Below, one piece after another: positions 1-11,807 of a stretch of DNA of 64,000 bases; position 1 is the stretch's first letter, and the number at the start of each line of letters is the position of its first letter. The DNA comes from Podarcis melisellensis (Eukaryota). The stretch lies in the NCBI GenBank assembly GCA_964234715.1, contig OZ174280.1. The stretch is one strand, 5' to 3'. Below the pieces are notes generated by a model that saw only the letters and a program-made list of their open reading frames with translations, had not been told where the DNA came from and did no database searches. The position numbers and the translations under genes are program-made.

Positions 1-481
1 TGGTAATTTTTTCTTGGGAAATGCAGACACATACAAGGGACTTTGAACACAGTCTCCAAGATCTTGCTCTGAACTAGAAACTGTATGCAAGTGTGATAAT
101 TGAGAAGAACAGCTGAACATAGTACAATGGAAAAAAACATGGAAGAAGTTCACTTTGCTGTGGTCTTAAATCTGAAAATGTATGGCTAGCACTGTGTTAG
201 GGATATATTAGGTCACACCTCAATGGATGAGGATGGGCCAGGCTGGTCATCAGGCACTTGTTTAAACCTACAACCATATGACTTAGTGCTATGAAGTGGG
301 AGCTTCATTACGAAGACAAAGGATATGACATGAGCATTTAGCTCATGCAAATGATTATGGAAAGGTCTGTAGATTTTCCTTACAACTAATCATCTTTGCT
401 TAATGCCTCAAAAACAACCATTTAAGTAGTATCGTCAACACAATGGCACAGGTCTTTTATTTGACACGTGTATGTATATTT

Positions 482-724
482 CTTGCCAACCTAGCAGTTA
501 TAAAGCACGTCAAAGTGCAAGTAGATAAATAGGTACTGCTCCGGCGGGAAGGTAAACGGCGTTTCCGTGCGCTGCTCTGGTTCGCCAGAAGCGGCTTAGT
601 CATGCTGGCCACATGACCTGGAAGCTGTACGCCGGCTCCCTCGGCCAATAAAGCGAGATGAGCGCCGCAACCCCAGAGTCGGTTACGACTGGACCTAATG
701 GTCAGGGGTCCCTTTACCTTTACC
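482..724 (+). mobile_element. Sauria SINE (Squam1), 5'-truncated copy
   Basis: Body GCCAACCTAGCAGTT...GTGCAAGTAGATAAATAGG...GGGAAGGTAAACGGCG is shared with three other copies in the window. Ends in an ACCTTT-repeat tail. Flanked by direct repeat TATGTATATTT (471-481, 725-735). tRNA-like head absent. Confidence 0.93.
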
Positions 725-3135
725 TATGTATATTTATTTATAAGATTTCTTACCTGCCTTTCAACATAAGGTCTTAGGAAAGGATACAACAATATAATAC
801 AGTAAACATTTATAAAAACAGATTGAACTATTACAAATATAAAACAAGTAAAACATTCTGAATGGAAGAGAACAGCATACATAAGAAATCAAGCAGTTAG
901 AACACTTCAAAGATATGTGTACATTTTCACTAAAACTGTAATTACTTCATTCAATGCCCCTTATTCTAAATTTCTCACATCTTTCAAATACACTGATCCC
1001 AGGTTAGGACCCTTAAGGTTCTGCTCTTGTGAGAAACATTCCCTACTGCACAAACTGAAAAATCTGGTTGCAAACAAAGAAATGTCTTAAAAAGAATCAG
1101 CAGCTCAGAGGTTTGGTGTATGGGGCCCATCAATCCATTCTCCAATAGCTAAGAAGGCACTAAGTACATCCAAGTAAAAATTCCAATCATCAAGATTCCC
1201 ATGTTCAGGTAACTCTGGGTCTGTATAATATAAGCCTTGCAACAAAGCCAGCTGAAAAGAAAATTATACAATGCCTTCTCTTCCCACTCTCTAGGAAGCT
1301 AGCAAACTTTGTACATAAACAGGATTTCTCACACAGCCTACCCATCTCAGTCAAAAAGGTATGTACAGCCTTCCATGCCCAGCTCTACATACACCAAGTA
1401 TGTTCCTTTTTAAGCACTTTAAACAGAGGTGCTGCTACATTCACAACTATTCGAGTATTTTTAAATCACTTACAAAAGCAGGATTAAACTATCAGAAATT
1501 CCATTTAATAGGACAAATAAAGAAATAACAATAAACTCCATCAGACCCAGGAAGGCAGGTTTGATTTTAAAAAAAGGATCAGAAAAAAGGAAGAGAGGGA
1601 TAAAAAAAAGGATAATGTGTGTTTACTCAAGCAAAGAAAAAAATATTTAAGTGATGTAGGAGAGAAGATTGCAGTAACTAGTGAAGAATAACATCGTCTG
1701 CTTTGCTGTCAAATCACACAAAAATTTCAGTAATAGATTCTCATTCTGACACTCAATTCAATTCGAAGGTGATCCTGCTTTATCCCAACACATCAAATAT
1801 TAAACACTCGTATTAGCCAGGGTGCTGTCGCCTTCCCCGGCTTAGAGACACGGCATAGGAGGGGGAGGGAAAAAAGGGGGGGACCCTTCTTCCCTTCACT
1901 CACTATAATATTCTCAATGTTATCTAAACATGCCTTCATACACTAGGCTCCTTATCAATTCTATTTGGGGGAGGGAGGGGTACTTAAAATGGTATTAGTT
2001 GTGGGGAGCTGTATTATTCTGATTTCCAAAAGCTTTTCAATTTTGTGTGGAAAAAGCTTAAGAGGAAGCTGGGAAGGGAGGGGAAAAGGGGGGTGGGGAA
2101 AAGAGCTGGAGCAGGAGAGCGAGAGAAAGTCTAAGAAAGGGAAAAAGCAGCCAGCAGCTCTCGTTTGACGGATGCCTTTCAACAAGGGCAGTCTAGCTTG
2201 TCAAAGCCCAGGCTGGAGATGAATTGGCATATCTATTCAGCCTGCCTCTGGATGTCATGCAATACAGTTTCATATTCCAAGATAAGGCATGATAAGCAAT
2301 TGCTGCCCTGACACCAGTTCCATCCACCCCTTGCCTTCCTGAGCACATGAGTGTGCACCACATCCCTCCGCTCATCTGCTAATAAGCGGCACTCTGCTAT
2401 TTTCAAATGCCTAGGTAAAAAAGTACCTGGAAACATCCCAGAAACTCCCCAAACACACAGAAACCCACAGCAAAACACTATTAAAACAGTTAATGTTTAA
2501 TTACTTTCCTTCCAATGTGCACTTCATGCTAAGCAGGCATGGGGCACGCATGCAAAGCACTCAGAGTGGTACAGACACAGAACAGCAGGAATACCCTTGG
2601 GTGGAAATGCCTGCTGATTCAAGGGACAGGATTTGAGCAGAATTAGACCTGCCAGATTCAGAGCATGACCCAGCAGAAGTGGAAGGTTCTGGGGAACAGA
2701 CAGAGGAGGTGGTGGTGGGCAGAAACAAGAACACAGGCCAGCTAGAATCCCTAAAGCAGCTACTGTAAAGAGACAAAACGATGGCTGGGTCTTCCTCAGG
2801 TGGGGAAAGATACCAGCTGTCAATAGATATCAGAGCCTTTTCTTCTACGGCAAAACTAGACAAGATGGTGGGAGTTCCATGACTGTACCCTCCCATGCTT
2901 TGTTTTGTAAGCCTAAAAAGCATCCACGGGGAGGGGATTGGGGCCACAGCCCTTGAGGGAATGTTAAACTTCCCTCACACCATTCTAAATCCCCCTGAAG
3001 CTGCCATTTGCCCAAGTGGAAACACATAGGAGCCTGTACCAATTCCCCCACAGGGCACATATATCAATTGGGAGAATTTATATCCGGAAAGCAGCATGGG
3101 GTTAATCCACCCTCCCACCTGTACTGTGGTAATTG

Positions 3136-3306
3136 CCGCATTTTCCTGTCTATAAGACGCCACCATGTATAAGACGCCCCCTATTTTGGGGACTCTGATT
3201 TAAGAAAATGGGAGGGGGGAAAGATGTATCAGTGTATAAGACGCCCCCAAATTTTTGACATTATTTTTTAGGGGGGAAACCTAGTCTTATACACAGAAAA
3301 ATATGG
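3136..3306. mobile_element. Tc1/mariner-superfamily non-autonomous element (MITE)
   Basis: Terminal inverted repeats CCGCATTTTCCTGTCTATAAGAC / GTCTTATACACAGAAAAATATGG. TA on the right flank, TG on the left. Internal repeats of TATAAGACGCC. Confidence 0.8.
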
Positions 3307-4251
3307 TAATTGGACTAATTCTGTTGCCGGAAGAGCTCTGATAAAAGAGAGAGACTGTGTCTCCCATCAGAGGATGACTGTTTCCACCTGCCATGCCATG
3401 CCCTGCTGAAATTACCCATTCTTATTGGTAAATATTATGTTCTCTTAATTTTCTTTTGATATCTTTTAAATTATTTGTTAATTGTTAGTGTTAGGATGTA
3501 GTGCTATATCTCTAAATATGTATTATGGTTATCGTACTACTGTATTTAGACTGTCTATTTTCAGTGAACCACTTTCAGCAGAAACATCTGCAAAAACATG
3601 GTATATAAATAAACTGATGGTGATTATTGGGGGAGGGGTGGAATCACCTGGTTGCTCTGATGGGGGGGGGGAGGCCTCAACATGAACAGGTGACTTTCCA
3701 AAGATGCATGAATGGAACCACATATATAGCCACTAAAGAGCATGGGGCTGCATGATGGCAATGCACCATTCAGAATTTAGAGATTTTTTTAAAATATTAA
3801 GCAGTATATTAATGCTTTAAAATAAATTAATAGATACAAATATGCCTCTCTCCTTCTACCTTCTAGGCTCAAAGAGCCAAGAGAAAGACAAAGAACTTCC
3901 CATGGCCAGCTTCCACAGCACAAGTCTATGTAACCTGTGCTCTGCAGTTGTATGTGGGACTGTCATTGTTCCTCTTCCAATCATATAACCTGCAGTTTTA
4001 CAGCTGGAAGGCAGAGAGCTCAGAGTGTTACCTCCACAGCATAACCCTGCTTAAAAAAGAGGGACACTGGAGTGAGGTGGGACAAAAGGTGTAGAAAGAG
4101 ATGGAGAACCACCCCATGCATCCTGAATTTACATGTCTTACTGCATTGGTGGATCCAGCATCCTCTGTCACTGGGCATACCTGTCCCAGAGTATTGGGGT
4201 AAAAAAAAATTCTCTAAAACATATTGACCCAACCTGTTAGACTAACACAGC

Positions 4252-4439
4252 CAGGGGCGTATGAAGTGGGGAGGGCGGAGGGGGCGGTCCGCACAGGGTG
4301 CCACTCTGGGGGTGACACAAGATGGCACCTAGTTCCCCCCATCTGTAGAGCGGCCAAGGGCACGCAAAGTCAGTATGGGATGCCGCGTGTGCCCCTTGCC
4401 ATCCTGCCCGGGGTGCCAGAGAGGGTTCCTCCGCCACCG
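4252..4439. mobile_element. hAT-type MITE, GC-rich
   Basis: Imperfect TIRs CAGGGGCGTATGAA / TTCCTCCGCCACCG (10/14). 8-bp flanking repeat AACACAGC (4244-4251) / AATACAGC (4440-4447). Confidence 0.75.
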
Positions 4440-5381
4440 AATACAGCCACACTAGAAAGAAATGGAATCATCGGCAGCATCTATTTCATATGAAAGGCTG
4501 GGAAAGGGTACTATATAGAAAACGACAACTCACCACAGGTTGACTTGGTCATCCCTCAATATCCCCCTGTAGCATTCCTAGTATCAAGTACTTAAAAATT
4601 ACGAGTCATTCCTTCAACCCACTAACCATGCATAAAGAGGCTAATGGATTAATTAAGATTCTAAAATGCTTAAAAAGTCTTTATCTCTCTCCTGAGTTCT
4701 GGAGGTATGTTTTAAAACTTTTCTTCATAGGGGGAGGTAGGGGATTGACTCCAGGGCTAAGACCCATTTTTGAAAAAGACCAACAACAATATGCTGTTTG
4801 GGATTTAACCAAAATAATGTTCAGCATTGTCTTTTATCTGTTTTAAAAATAAAAATAAAAAGTGCCTACCTGGAAAATGCCAATTTTAATGTATATGTCA
4901 TTAATTCAATTACCATATGTGCTATTAAAGTAAACAATTGCAGTATCTCTGAACAGCATATACTTTTAACAGCCTACAATTAAAGTGCTACATTAAAATA
5001 TTAAGAACCCTGTCGGCCTGAGGGTGTAAATAGGCTCCATGGAATATTCTAAAAGTGCATTAGCCTGAGTTACGAATTCTATTCACAAGATGGGCTGCTT
5101 AAAAAGGGACACCCTGTCAAGTAATTTAGGCACTACCATGATGATACATTGGATCAAAACACACTCCAAAGAGAATTTTCTCTAGGTCTATGGGTTCTCA
5201 ACAGTTCATTGAATTTGAATCATTCCTTATTAAGAGTTAGCCGACAATCTGGACTAATGCACTGAGTCTAAGAACTGATTAAGGGCACTACAAAATATGT
5301 GAGTCTGGTTAGCGATCTAGAACACTGGTTACATTGCAATTTAATTGTTATTTGCAGAATCTAGCTTTCTACAACAAAATA

Positions 5382-5611
5382 CAGTGGTACCTCGGGGTTA
5401 CAGATACTGCTTCAGGTTACAGAGTCCACTAACCCAGAAATAGTACCTCGGGTTAAGAACTTTGCTTCAAGATGAGAACAGAAATTGTGTGGCGGCGGTG
5501 CAGCAGCAGCGACAGGCTCCATTAGCTAAAGTGGTACCTCAGGTTAAGAACAATTTCAGGGTAAGAACAGACCTCCAGAACGAATTAAGTTCTTAACCCA
5601 AGGTACTACTG
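5382..5611. mobile_element. Tc1/mariner (Tigger/pogo-like) MITE, copy 1
   Basis: TIRs CAGTGGTACCTCGG / CCAAGGTACTACTG with TA on both sides. Homologous copy at 31000-31234. Confidence 0.92.
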
Positions 5612-6881
5612 TATTGTGCTTTTGTCTACATCAGAACAACACCTGCTTTCTTCTTCATCATCATAATCATTGTAAACACAAATTTAAAATCATTTATAAC
5701 TGCAGAGAAACATGTTATAAGACATCACCACTTTTTGTTAAGAGTTCTTAAAGCACAACAGAATCTGGGCACACTTTCCCGTCCCTCCCTATTAATCCAT
5801 GTGGCTACATGCATTTTCTTCTATTTTCTTTTATACCCTCCCCCTCCCCTGCACAAGATCTCTAGTTGCCAAAGAATTTCAAATTATGGAAAAAAACTGT
5901 AATCTGAAAAAGAAAAAATGGTGTCAGCTTTCTCGGCCTGGGTAGGATACCTTCTGGCCAATGTGCTTCTGTGGGTATATGTTTGGAGACATACATGTCA
6001 AATTCTCTCTTCTTCACATCATCATCTTCTTTAACCCAGGACTGAATAGATGACATCAGCCAAAAAACTGGAACTTTAGGGAGAAAGGTTCAGTATAGCC
6101 CAAATCCTGATGTGCTAGGTTACTACAGGCAGGGAGGTTTTTACATGGGAAAGCATTAAAAAGTGTTCCCCTATCTGTAGCCTGGTGGAATTCCAGACTC
6201 TACTACCTCATTCTGTGTAAAGTGCAGAATTGTTTTAAACTGAGCATGTACTGTGGCACAGGACCGAATGCCACTGAAATACCACCAGTAGTGCAGGGTC
6301 AACAATTCAACACCAAAGTTTTCACTATGATTTAGCAAGGCATATGAATATCAGTAGACGTATCACCTAAAACAGCATCTCATTCTGGCTGCAATTCACC
6401 TTGGTTCAAAAGAAGAATCCAATGCTTGTGTTGTTAAGACTGCAATATTATGTGCTAGCCTTTGATTTTGGTACTTCAGCATCCATGCCTCAGCTACTGT
6501 TGTGCACCCAAGGGATGGTCAGAAGGCACATAAGGCCACCAATGTGGTGAAGCTAAGCAAACCTTGTCTACATAGCTGACCATTTGGAAACCGTGTTAGT
6601 TTCCTTGAGTTTCTTGATGAAAAATAGGCAGGTTATAATTGTGAGGGAAAATAAAATACCCTGGCTAGCCCTAAGTACAGCAAGTTGTACCTCATTTACA
6701 TATGCACACATATTTAATATTCAATATGTTTGTGTTATAAAGTTTTATAGTTAGTAGAAAAATCCAGGAACCTGGAATCTGTAGTATGTCCAGGGTTATA
6801 AACTAAACATGATTCCTTACATTGAGCACAAATTATAATTAACAGGGAGGTGAGGGGGCACAATGGCACATGCGTGCGTAT

Positions 6882-6882
<1 letters not shown>

Positions 6883-6913
<31 letters not shown>
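6883..6913. repeat. (CA)n microsatellite
   Basis: Direct reading, about 15 units. Confidence 0.98.
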
Positions 6914-6915
<2 letters not shown>

Positions 6916-7099
6916 CATAATATAGACTAAGAAAGATTATTTGATACTAGTGGGTGCTGCTTGATATAAAAAAATGCATGAAAGAAACAAAGGACAGAGA
7001 CCTGAGAAACCAAGCCCATGCTGTCAACAGTCACTAAACAAGAATACTTCCATGCCAATTGCTTTCATTCCACTGTTGCTGCAGTCATAGTCTGTAAAA

Positions 7100-7168
7100 C
7101 AGAATAAACTCAAGTTCATGAAAGCTTACACCACAATCCATTAGTCTTAAAGGTGTCACAAGCCTCTT
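7100..7168 (+). mobile_element. Penelope-like element terminal-repeat remnant
   Basis: ...GTTCATGAAAGCTTACACCACAAT...TTAGTCTTAAAGGTGTCACAAG. A related copy lies at 7541-7601 (TTAAAGGTGCCACAAGATTCTTTG). Family assignment is from memory of sauropsid Penelope-like ends. Confidence 0.55.
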
Positions 7169-7194
7169 AAGCCACTTTTGCGTGTATTTAGTCA

Positions 7195-7440
7195 AATTAT
7201 GGCTTAAATGTCACCACACTACTTTGGGTTAACGCTATGTCCAAGACTGGGTTCATGGTATGCCTTGCTCCAAACAAACAATGAGCTGTAGCCAAGGTTT
7301 GTTCCTGGCTTACGGTACGCAGTTCATTTGGAATGAGACATACCACAACCTGGGGTTCAGGCGCAATGCTAAGCCAAACCATGGCTTAGCTCTTAGAAGC
7401 AGCAGAGGAGTGAGGCAGGTACAATTTTCTCACTGTGGAG
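7195..7440. mobile_element. Old non-autonomous DNA element, probably PIF/Harbinger-like
   Basis: Repeated AAACCATGG/AAGCCA/TGGCTT subterminal-type motifs, shared with 46559-46860 and 61830-62150. Boundaries approximate. Confidence 0.4.
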
Positions 7441-7540
7441 CAGCAGCACTGTAATTCCCTTACGTTTTCCAGGCCTGCCTCTGGTTTTGTTTCTCAAGAA
7501 GGAAACTGGTCAGCCGGAGATTGATCTCTTTCATTACATG

Positions 7541-7601
7541 CATGAAGGGAAGTCTGGTCCCCAAAATCTGTTACTCCTTAAAGGTGCCACAAGATTCTTT
7601 G
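7541..7601 (+). mobile_element. Penelope-like element terminal-repeat remnant
   Basis: Shares the TTAAAGGTG(C/T)CACAAG motif with 7100-7168. Confidence 0.5.
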
Positions 7602-9736
7602 TCCCCTTCACAATTTAAACCTGATACTTCCCTTCCCTCAGCATGCACACACATTTCCACTTAATCTGTGTTAAGACGGGGGTTACCATTTAAAACACTG
7701 AGCTCTCAAGCCAAGTTCTATTTTATACCACACACGCAGAGGCAAATACGTACACACACACACTTTCCAATTTCCATGCAAGAGGGAAGCAGGTGCCCAC
7801 ATTCCCGTAAGCACTCCCATCTCTCATTTCCCCCCCTGCCTCCGCCACCCTCCTTGGATCCTGCCCCATTAGTTTAGTGCCCAGCCATCTGCGACGTCTC
7901 CTGTAATGCTCTCCCCCCTGTGTATCAGGGAGCTTTTCCATTAGCGCCTTTAATATTCTGACACCTTAGCACAGGCTGCTATTACATTCAAACACGGATC
8001 GCCCTGTGAAATTACATTGCCAGGCTTGCTAAAATGGAATTGGGTATAATCAGGCTGCTCCATGCGCTGTCAGTCCCATCACAAATACAACGCAAAGCAG
8101 GCTTATGGATGGGCTTAGCAGCTGCTACAAGTGTATTTTTTTAATAGATGAAGTATCCCTTATTTAAAAGCATTTCCTTAAGAAGAAGGGGGAACGCACA
8201 CATACACACGGTGGAAAGACAAATCAAAAGCTGCGTCACTGTGTTACCAATACCTCAGGTCTCTTAAAAAACTGTTATTTACTACGGGGCTATCTGTTTA
8301 TCTATAACTATATCACATACACAGCGAGGAGGAGGGAGAGATAAAGGTAGTTAAACAGACAGCCAGTGAGATATGTGCCACCAGGAATTAATAGCTAAAT
8401 AAAAAGCCCCATTATTTACTCCAAGGAGGAGGGAGTCTGGGGCGATCTCACAGGTGTCTTGCTCAGATGCTAACATACAATGTGGTGTTTCTTTACAAGA
8501 ATCTGGTTTGTGAAGACCAGTGCATACTGCCTGCTAATAGTACTACTGCACATTTGCATGTGTCATCAGGGCACACATAAGTAGATTTACCAAAAACATC
8601 CCAGAATTGTTTATTCATGAAAAAGCATTCCATGTATTTCTGGAAGAAGCTTAGAGAAGGATAGCACTGTATCTTTGGGGTTATGGGAAGAATAAAGGAT
8701 ATTCAGATTGTGGGTGGCTAGGCAGAATATCAGCCTTAAGTACTGGATACAAGAGCCCAAGGTAGAGAATAACTTCCTGCAAATTCAACAGGTAAACTTC
8801 CACCATCGTAAAAACAATTAACTGGGAAATCACTAGTGCCTCAAGCATTTTGGTGATCATTTGTCCATGACTGCTAGTTAAATGTTAGAATTCATAGAAT
8901 AACAGTTCTCTCGTTGTCAAGGACATTAAAATTAAACTAAAGCTATGGAAGACCAATGAGACCCAGCACAAATACATCATAGCGAATCCAGACAAGAGCC
9001 CATCGCCTAAGGCAGGAACACAGCCAATTGATGGCCATAGACATGATGTTGTCAGGCTCTTCCAACCCATTGCCACACTGGTTCTTGACTGCTCTACTAG
9101 GCCTGGAGTGCGAAAGAGGGAAATCCAAAGGGAAAGCGGCTTTGTTGCTTCTTCCATCATATGTGATCACTACTCCAAGAGCCCTATTAATAGCAAGGCT
9201 CACAGGAAAGGGAAGAATAGAGGCACCTCTGTCTATATGGAAGCTAGAATAGGAATCAAAGTTCCTTTGCTCTTGGATCATCTCTCCACTGTACACTAAA
9301 TCTAGCAATTCTGTTACAGAAGTGTGAAAGGCTGGTTCTCCAAACATCTTTGTTGTGGAGGGTTCAGCCCCCAGAAGTTGGCCAGCCCAGTTTCAGATTC
9401 TAAGGTTGAAGGTATTCCTGGGACCATCTTTTCTAACTGGTATGCCTAAGATACCACAGTTACAGAACACTAAGTCCCACCTTATACATTGCTCTCTCTC
9501 CACACAAGTAAAGGGATGTTCCCAAGGTACAGTATTACCGTACTTGAAGGCACATGGGGCCACCACCTTGATGAAGCTAAGTCAGTCTATGTCTTGCACC
9601 TGGACAGAAGATCACCTGGGAACCACATGTATCCTTTTTTGGGTTCCATGATGGAAGAAAGGTGGCATATAAATTTAAGAAAATAAGTAAATGCATCAAC
9701 AATCAGGTCAAGAAAATATTTCTTTCTGATCCACAA

Positions 9737-9873
9737 TAGGAATAGGAAATTTGTGCCTCTCCCATAGGCTACTATACTACAACTCTTACCATTCCTGAAT
9801 TGGCTTTGCTTGATAGAGATGACAGGAGTTTGAATTAAACTACATCTGGAGGGCCTTAAGTTCCCCATCCCTG
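9737..9873. mobile_element. Short palindromic hAT-type MITE (about 135-bp family), copy 1
   Basis: Ends ACATCTGGAGGGCC...TTCCCCATCCCTG. Degenerate 8-bp flanking repeat ATCCACAA/GTCTACAA. Homologous to 10767-10899, 22025-22159 and 56539-56673. Confidence 0.75.
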
Positions 9874-10528
9874 GTCTACAAGCATGTGATTTACATACTG
9901 GGAAGTCAGAAATGTAAAACTGCCATTTATACATTATATAGCATATGCTCTGGTAGAAAAAGATAACATCTGAGGCTACCTAAGTCTCTGTTTGAATACA
10001 CCAAGGGACATCAGCTGCATTACTCCCATTGCACACTGTTACCTTCAGGGTATTTTTCATACTGATCAGCCTCACCCAACCCACAAATATCCATTAGATT
10101 ATTAATTAGATGTAGCTCCCATGCTAAAGAGTCAGGAACTGAAATCCCAAATTTTAAACGAACAAATAAATCCTCAAATGGCTCTTCAGGCAACCCTGAA
10201 AAATGAGAAGGCAGTGCAACAGGATTGAGCATCTAACAAAAAATGGTAGAAATGATCACAAAGACTGTGATTATTAGTAACAGAGACAAAACATGCTGAG
10301 AGGCAGCACAATTGCTATGCCAGGAAGTCATGCCTCACCAATCTATTACAGTGCATTGAGGATGGCAACAAATAGGTGATCCAGATAATAATGTGGCGCT
10401 TTCAAAAAGCTTTTGTCACATTTTTCCACCCAAGAAAAGGATGTCAGGTAATCGTGGATTAGAAACAAATTACTTTTCCTGTATCAGCCACAGGTTAACA
10501 ACTAGGAAGGGAAGAAACATATGGTGAG

Positions 10529-10766
10529 TTTTATTTATGATTTATTGATTGCTTTTGTATCTCACCTTTTTCTCCAAGGAGCTCAAGGTGGCACACATGG
10601 TTCTCCTCCTCCTCATGTAAACCCCACAACAACCGCATGAAGTAGGTTAGGCTGATAAGCAATGAATGGCCTAAAATCACCCAATGAACATCATGGCTGA
10701 GTGGGGATTCAAACCCTGATCTCCCAGATCCTAGTTCAACACTCTAACGACTACACAACAATGGTT
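10529..10766 (-). mobile_element. Squam3-like (MIR/Ther1-related CORE) SINE
   Basis: Minus-strand Pol III B box (GGTTTGAATCCCC, + 10703-10715), CORE-like CCCACAACAACC..AGTAGGTTAGGCTGA segment, and L2-type 3' end with AT-rich tail near 10529-10550. Confidence 0.8.
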
Positions 10767-10899
10767 CAGTGGCCCCAGTGTGGTACCCTCCAGATGTTTT
10801 TGTACTATCACTTCCATAACCCATGACCATTAGCCATGCTGGAACTGATAGGAGCTGGAATCTAACATCTTTGGGAGAGTACCACACTGCTGATCCCTG
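10767..10899. mobile_element. Short palindromic hAT-type MITE (about 135-bp family), copy 2
   Basis: CAGTGTGGTACCCTCCAGATG ... GAGAGTACCACACTG inverted arms. Central GACCATTAGCCATGCTGG motif shared with the other copies. Confidence 0.75.
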
Positions 10900-11753
10900 C
10901 AGTGGAGTTCCCCCAGTGAACTAGTGGGACTACTTTCAACAGAAAAACACCACATTGGCTAAGATTTGAGGCCAATGCAAAATTATTCAGAGAGGGCAAA
11001 ATCAATGATTAACAGTTTACAGTAGAATCATGAAAATCTGGGTAATAGGTTTTTGTGTGTGTGTTTTATAGACTAGTCACAAACAAGTGTCACTCATTAC
11101 AACAAGCCATTAGAACAAATATGACAATTAATACGTGGTCACTTTGGGCATGAGGCTTGTGCTCTTTTGGGGTCACGAGTCCATTGCATCCCGCTGTCTG
11201 CACCAACAAAACAGAATGAAATAGACATCTAGGTACCAGGAGGACCCATTGAAGTAGACTTGCAAGATATCAAGAGATTGGTTCTGAGAGCTTGGGATGT
11301 TTTTCTCTGCAGGCCAGAGACTAAATCATGTGGTCTGTCAAAATTAGCTGGAAATTCTGGAATATTCATTAAGAGCCTTTCAGAGCTAGCAGCAACATAT
11401 TCATGAAAGAAGGAAAGGGCAGAAAATAGAGGGAGCGGAAACAGGGGCAAAGAACCAAGTTCAATATGGATAATCAGAGCAGTGTTTCATGTCATTTCCT
11501 ATCTAGTTTCCAGAGCACCTGAACTGATGTCACATGAAACAGATAGAAACTGAAGTAGCCTGAAGAGCGCATGCAACCTGTGCCGGTGACATTTACACTG
11601 GGCTACCTTGCTATGTGCTTTTCTGCAATTGTTGATTCAAGTCAAAATTTGGATACGTGTCCACGAGTAGTACTACATGAGGAAGCTAGAGACTGAATCA
11701 GAGCTGGAGCAGAAGATGAGCAAGGAAGCTGAACACTCAATGCGGAACAGTTG

Positions 11754-11805
<52 letters not shown>
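11754..11805. repeat. (AAT)n microsatellite forming the tail of the adjacent L2
   Basis: About 17 perfect units directly abutting the L2 3' end. Confidence 0.97.

Positions 11806-11807
<2 letters not shown>

Noticed and set aside
2540-3620. Possible old LTR surrounding the MITE at 3136 (similar impression at 12700-13560)
   Set aside because: No TG...CA termini, TSD or second copy could be defined.
5862-6056. ORF MSSIQSWVKEDDDVKKREFDM with a possible GTATGT donor
   Set aside because: No recognisable homology, no convincing acceptor or promoter context; consistent with chance.
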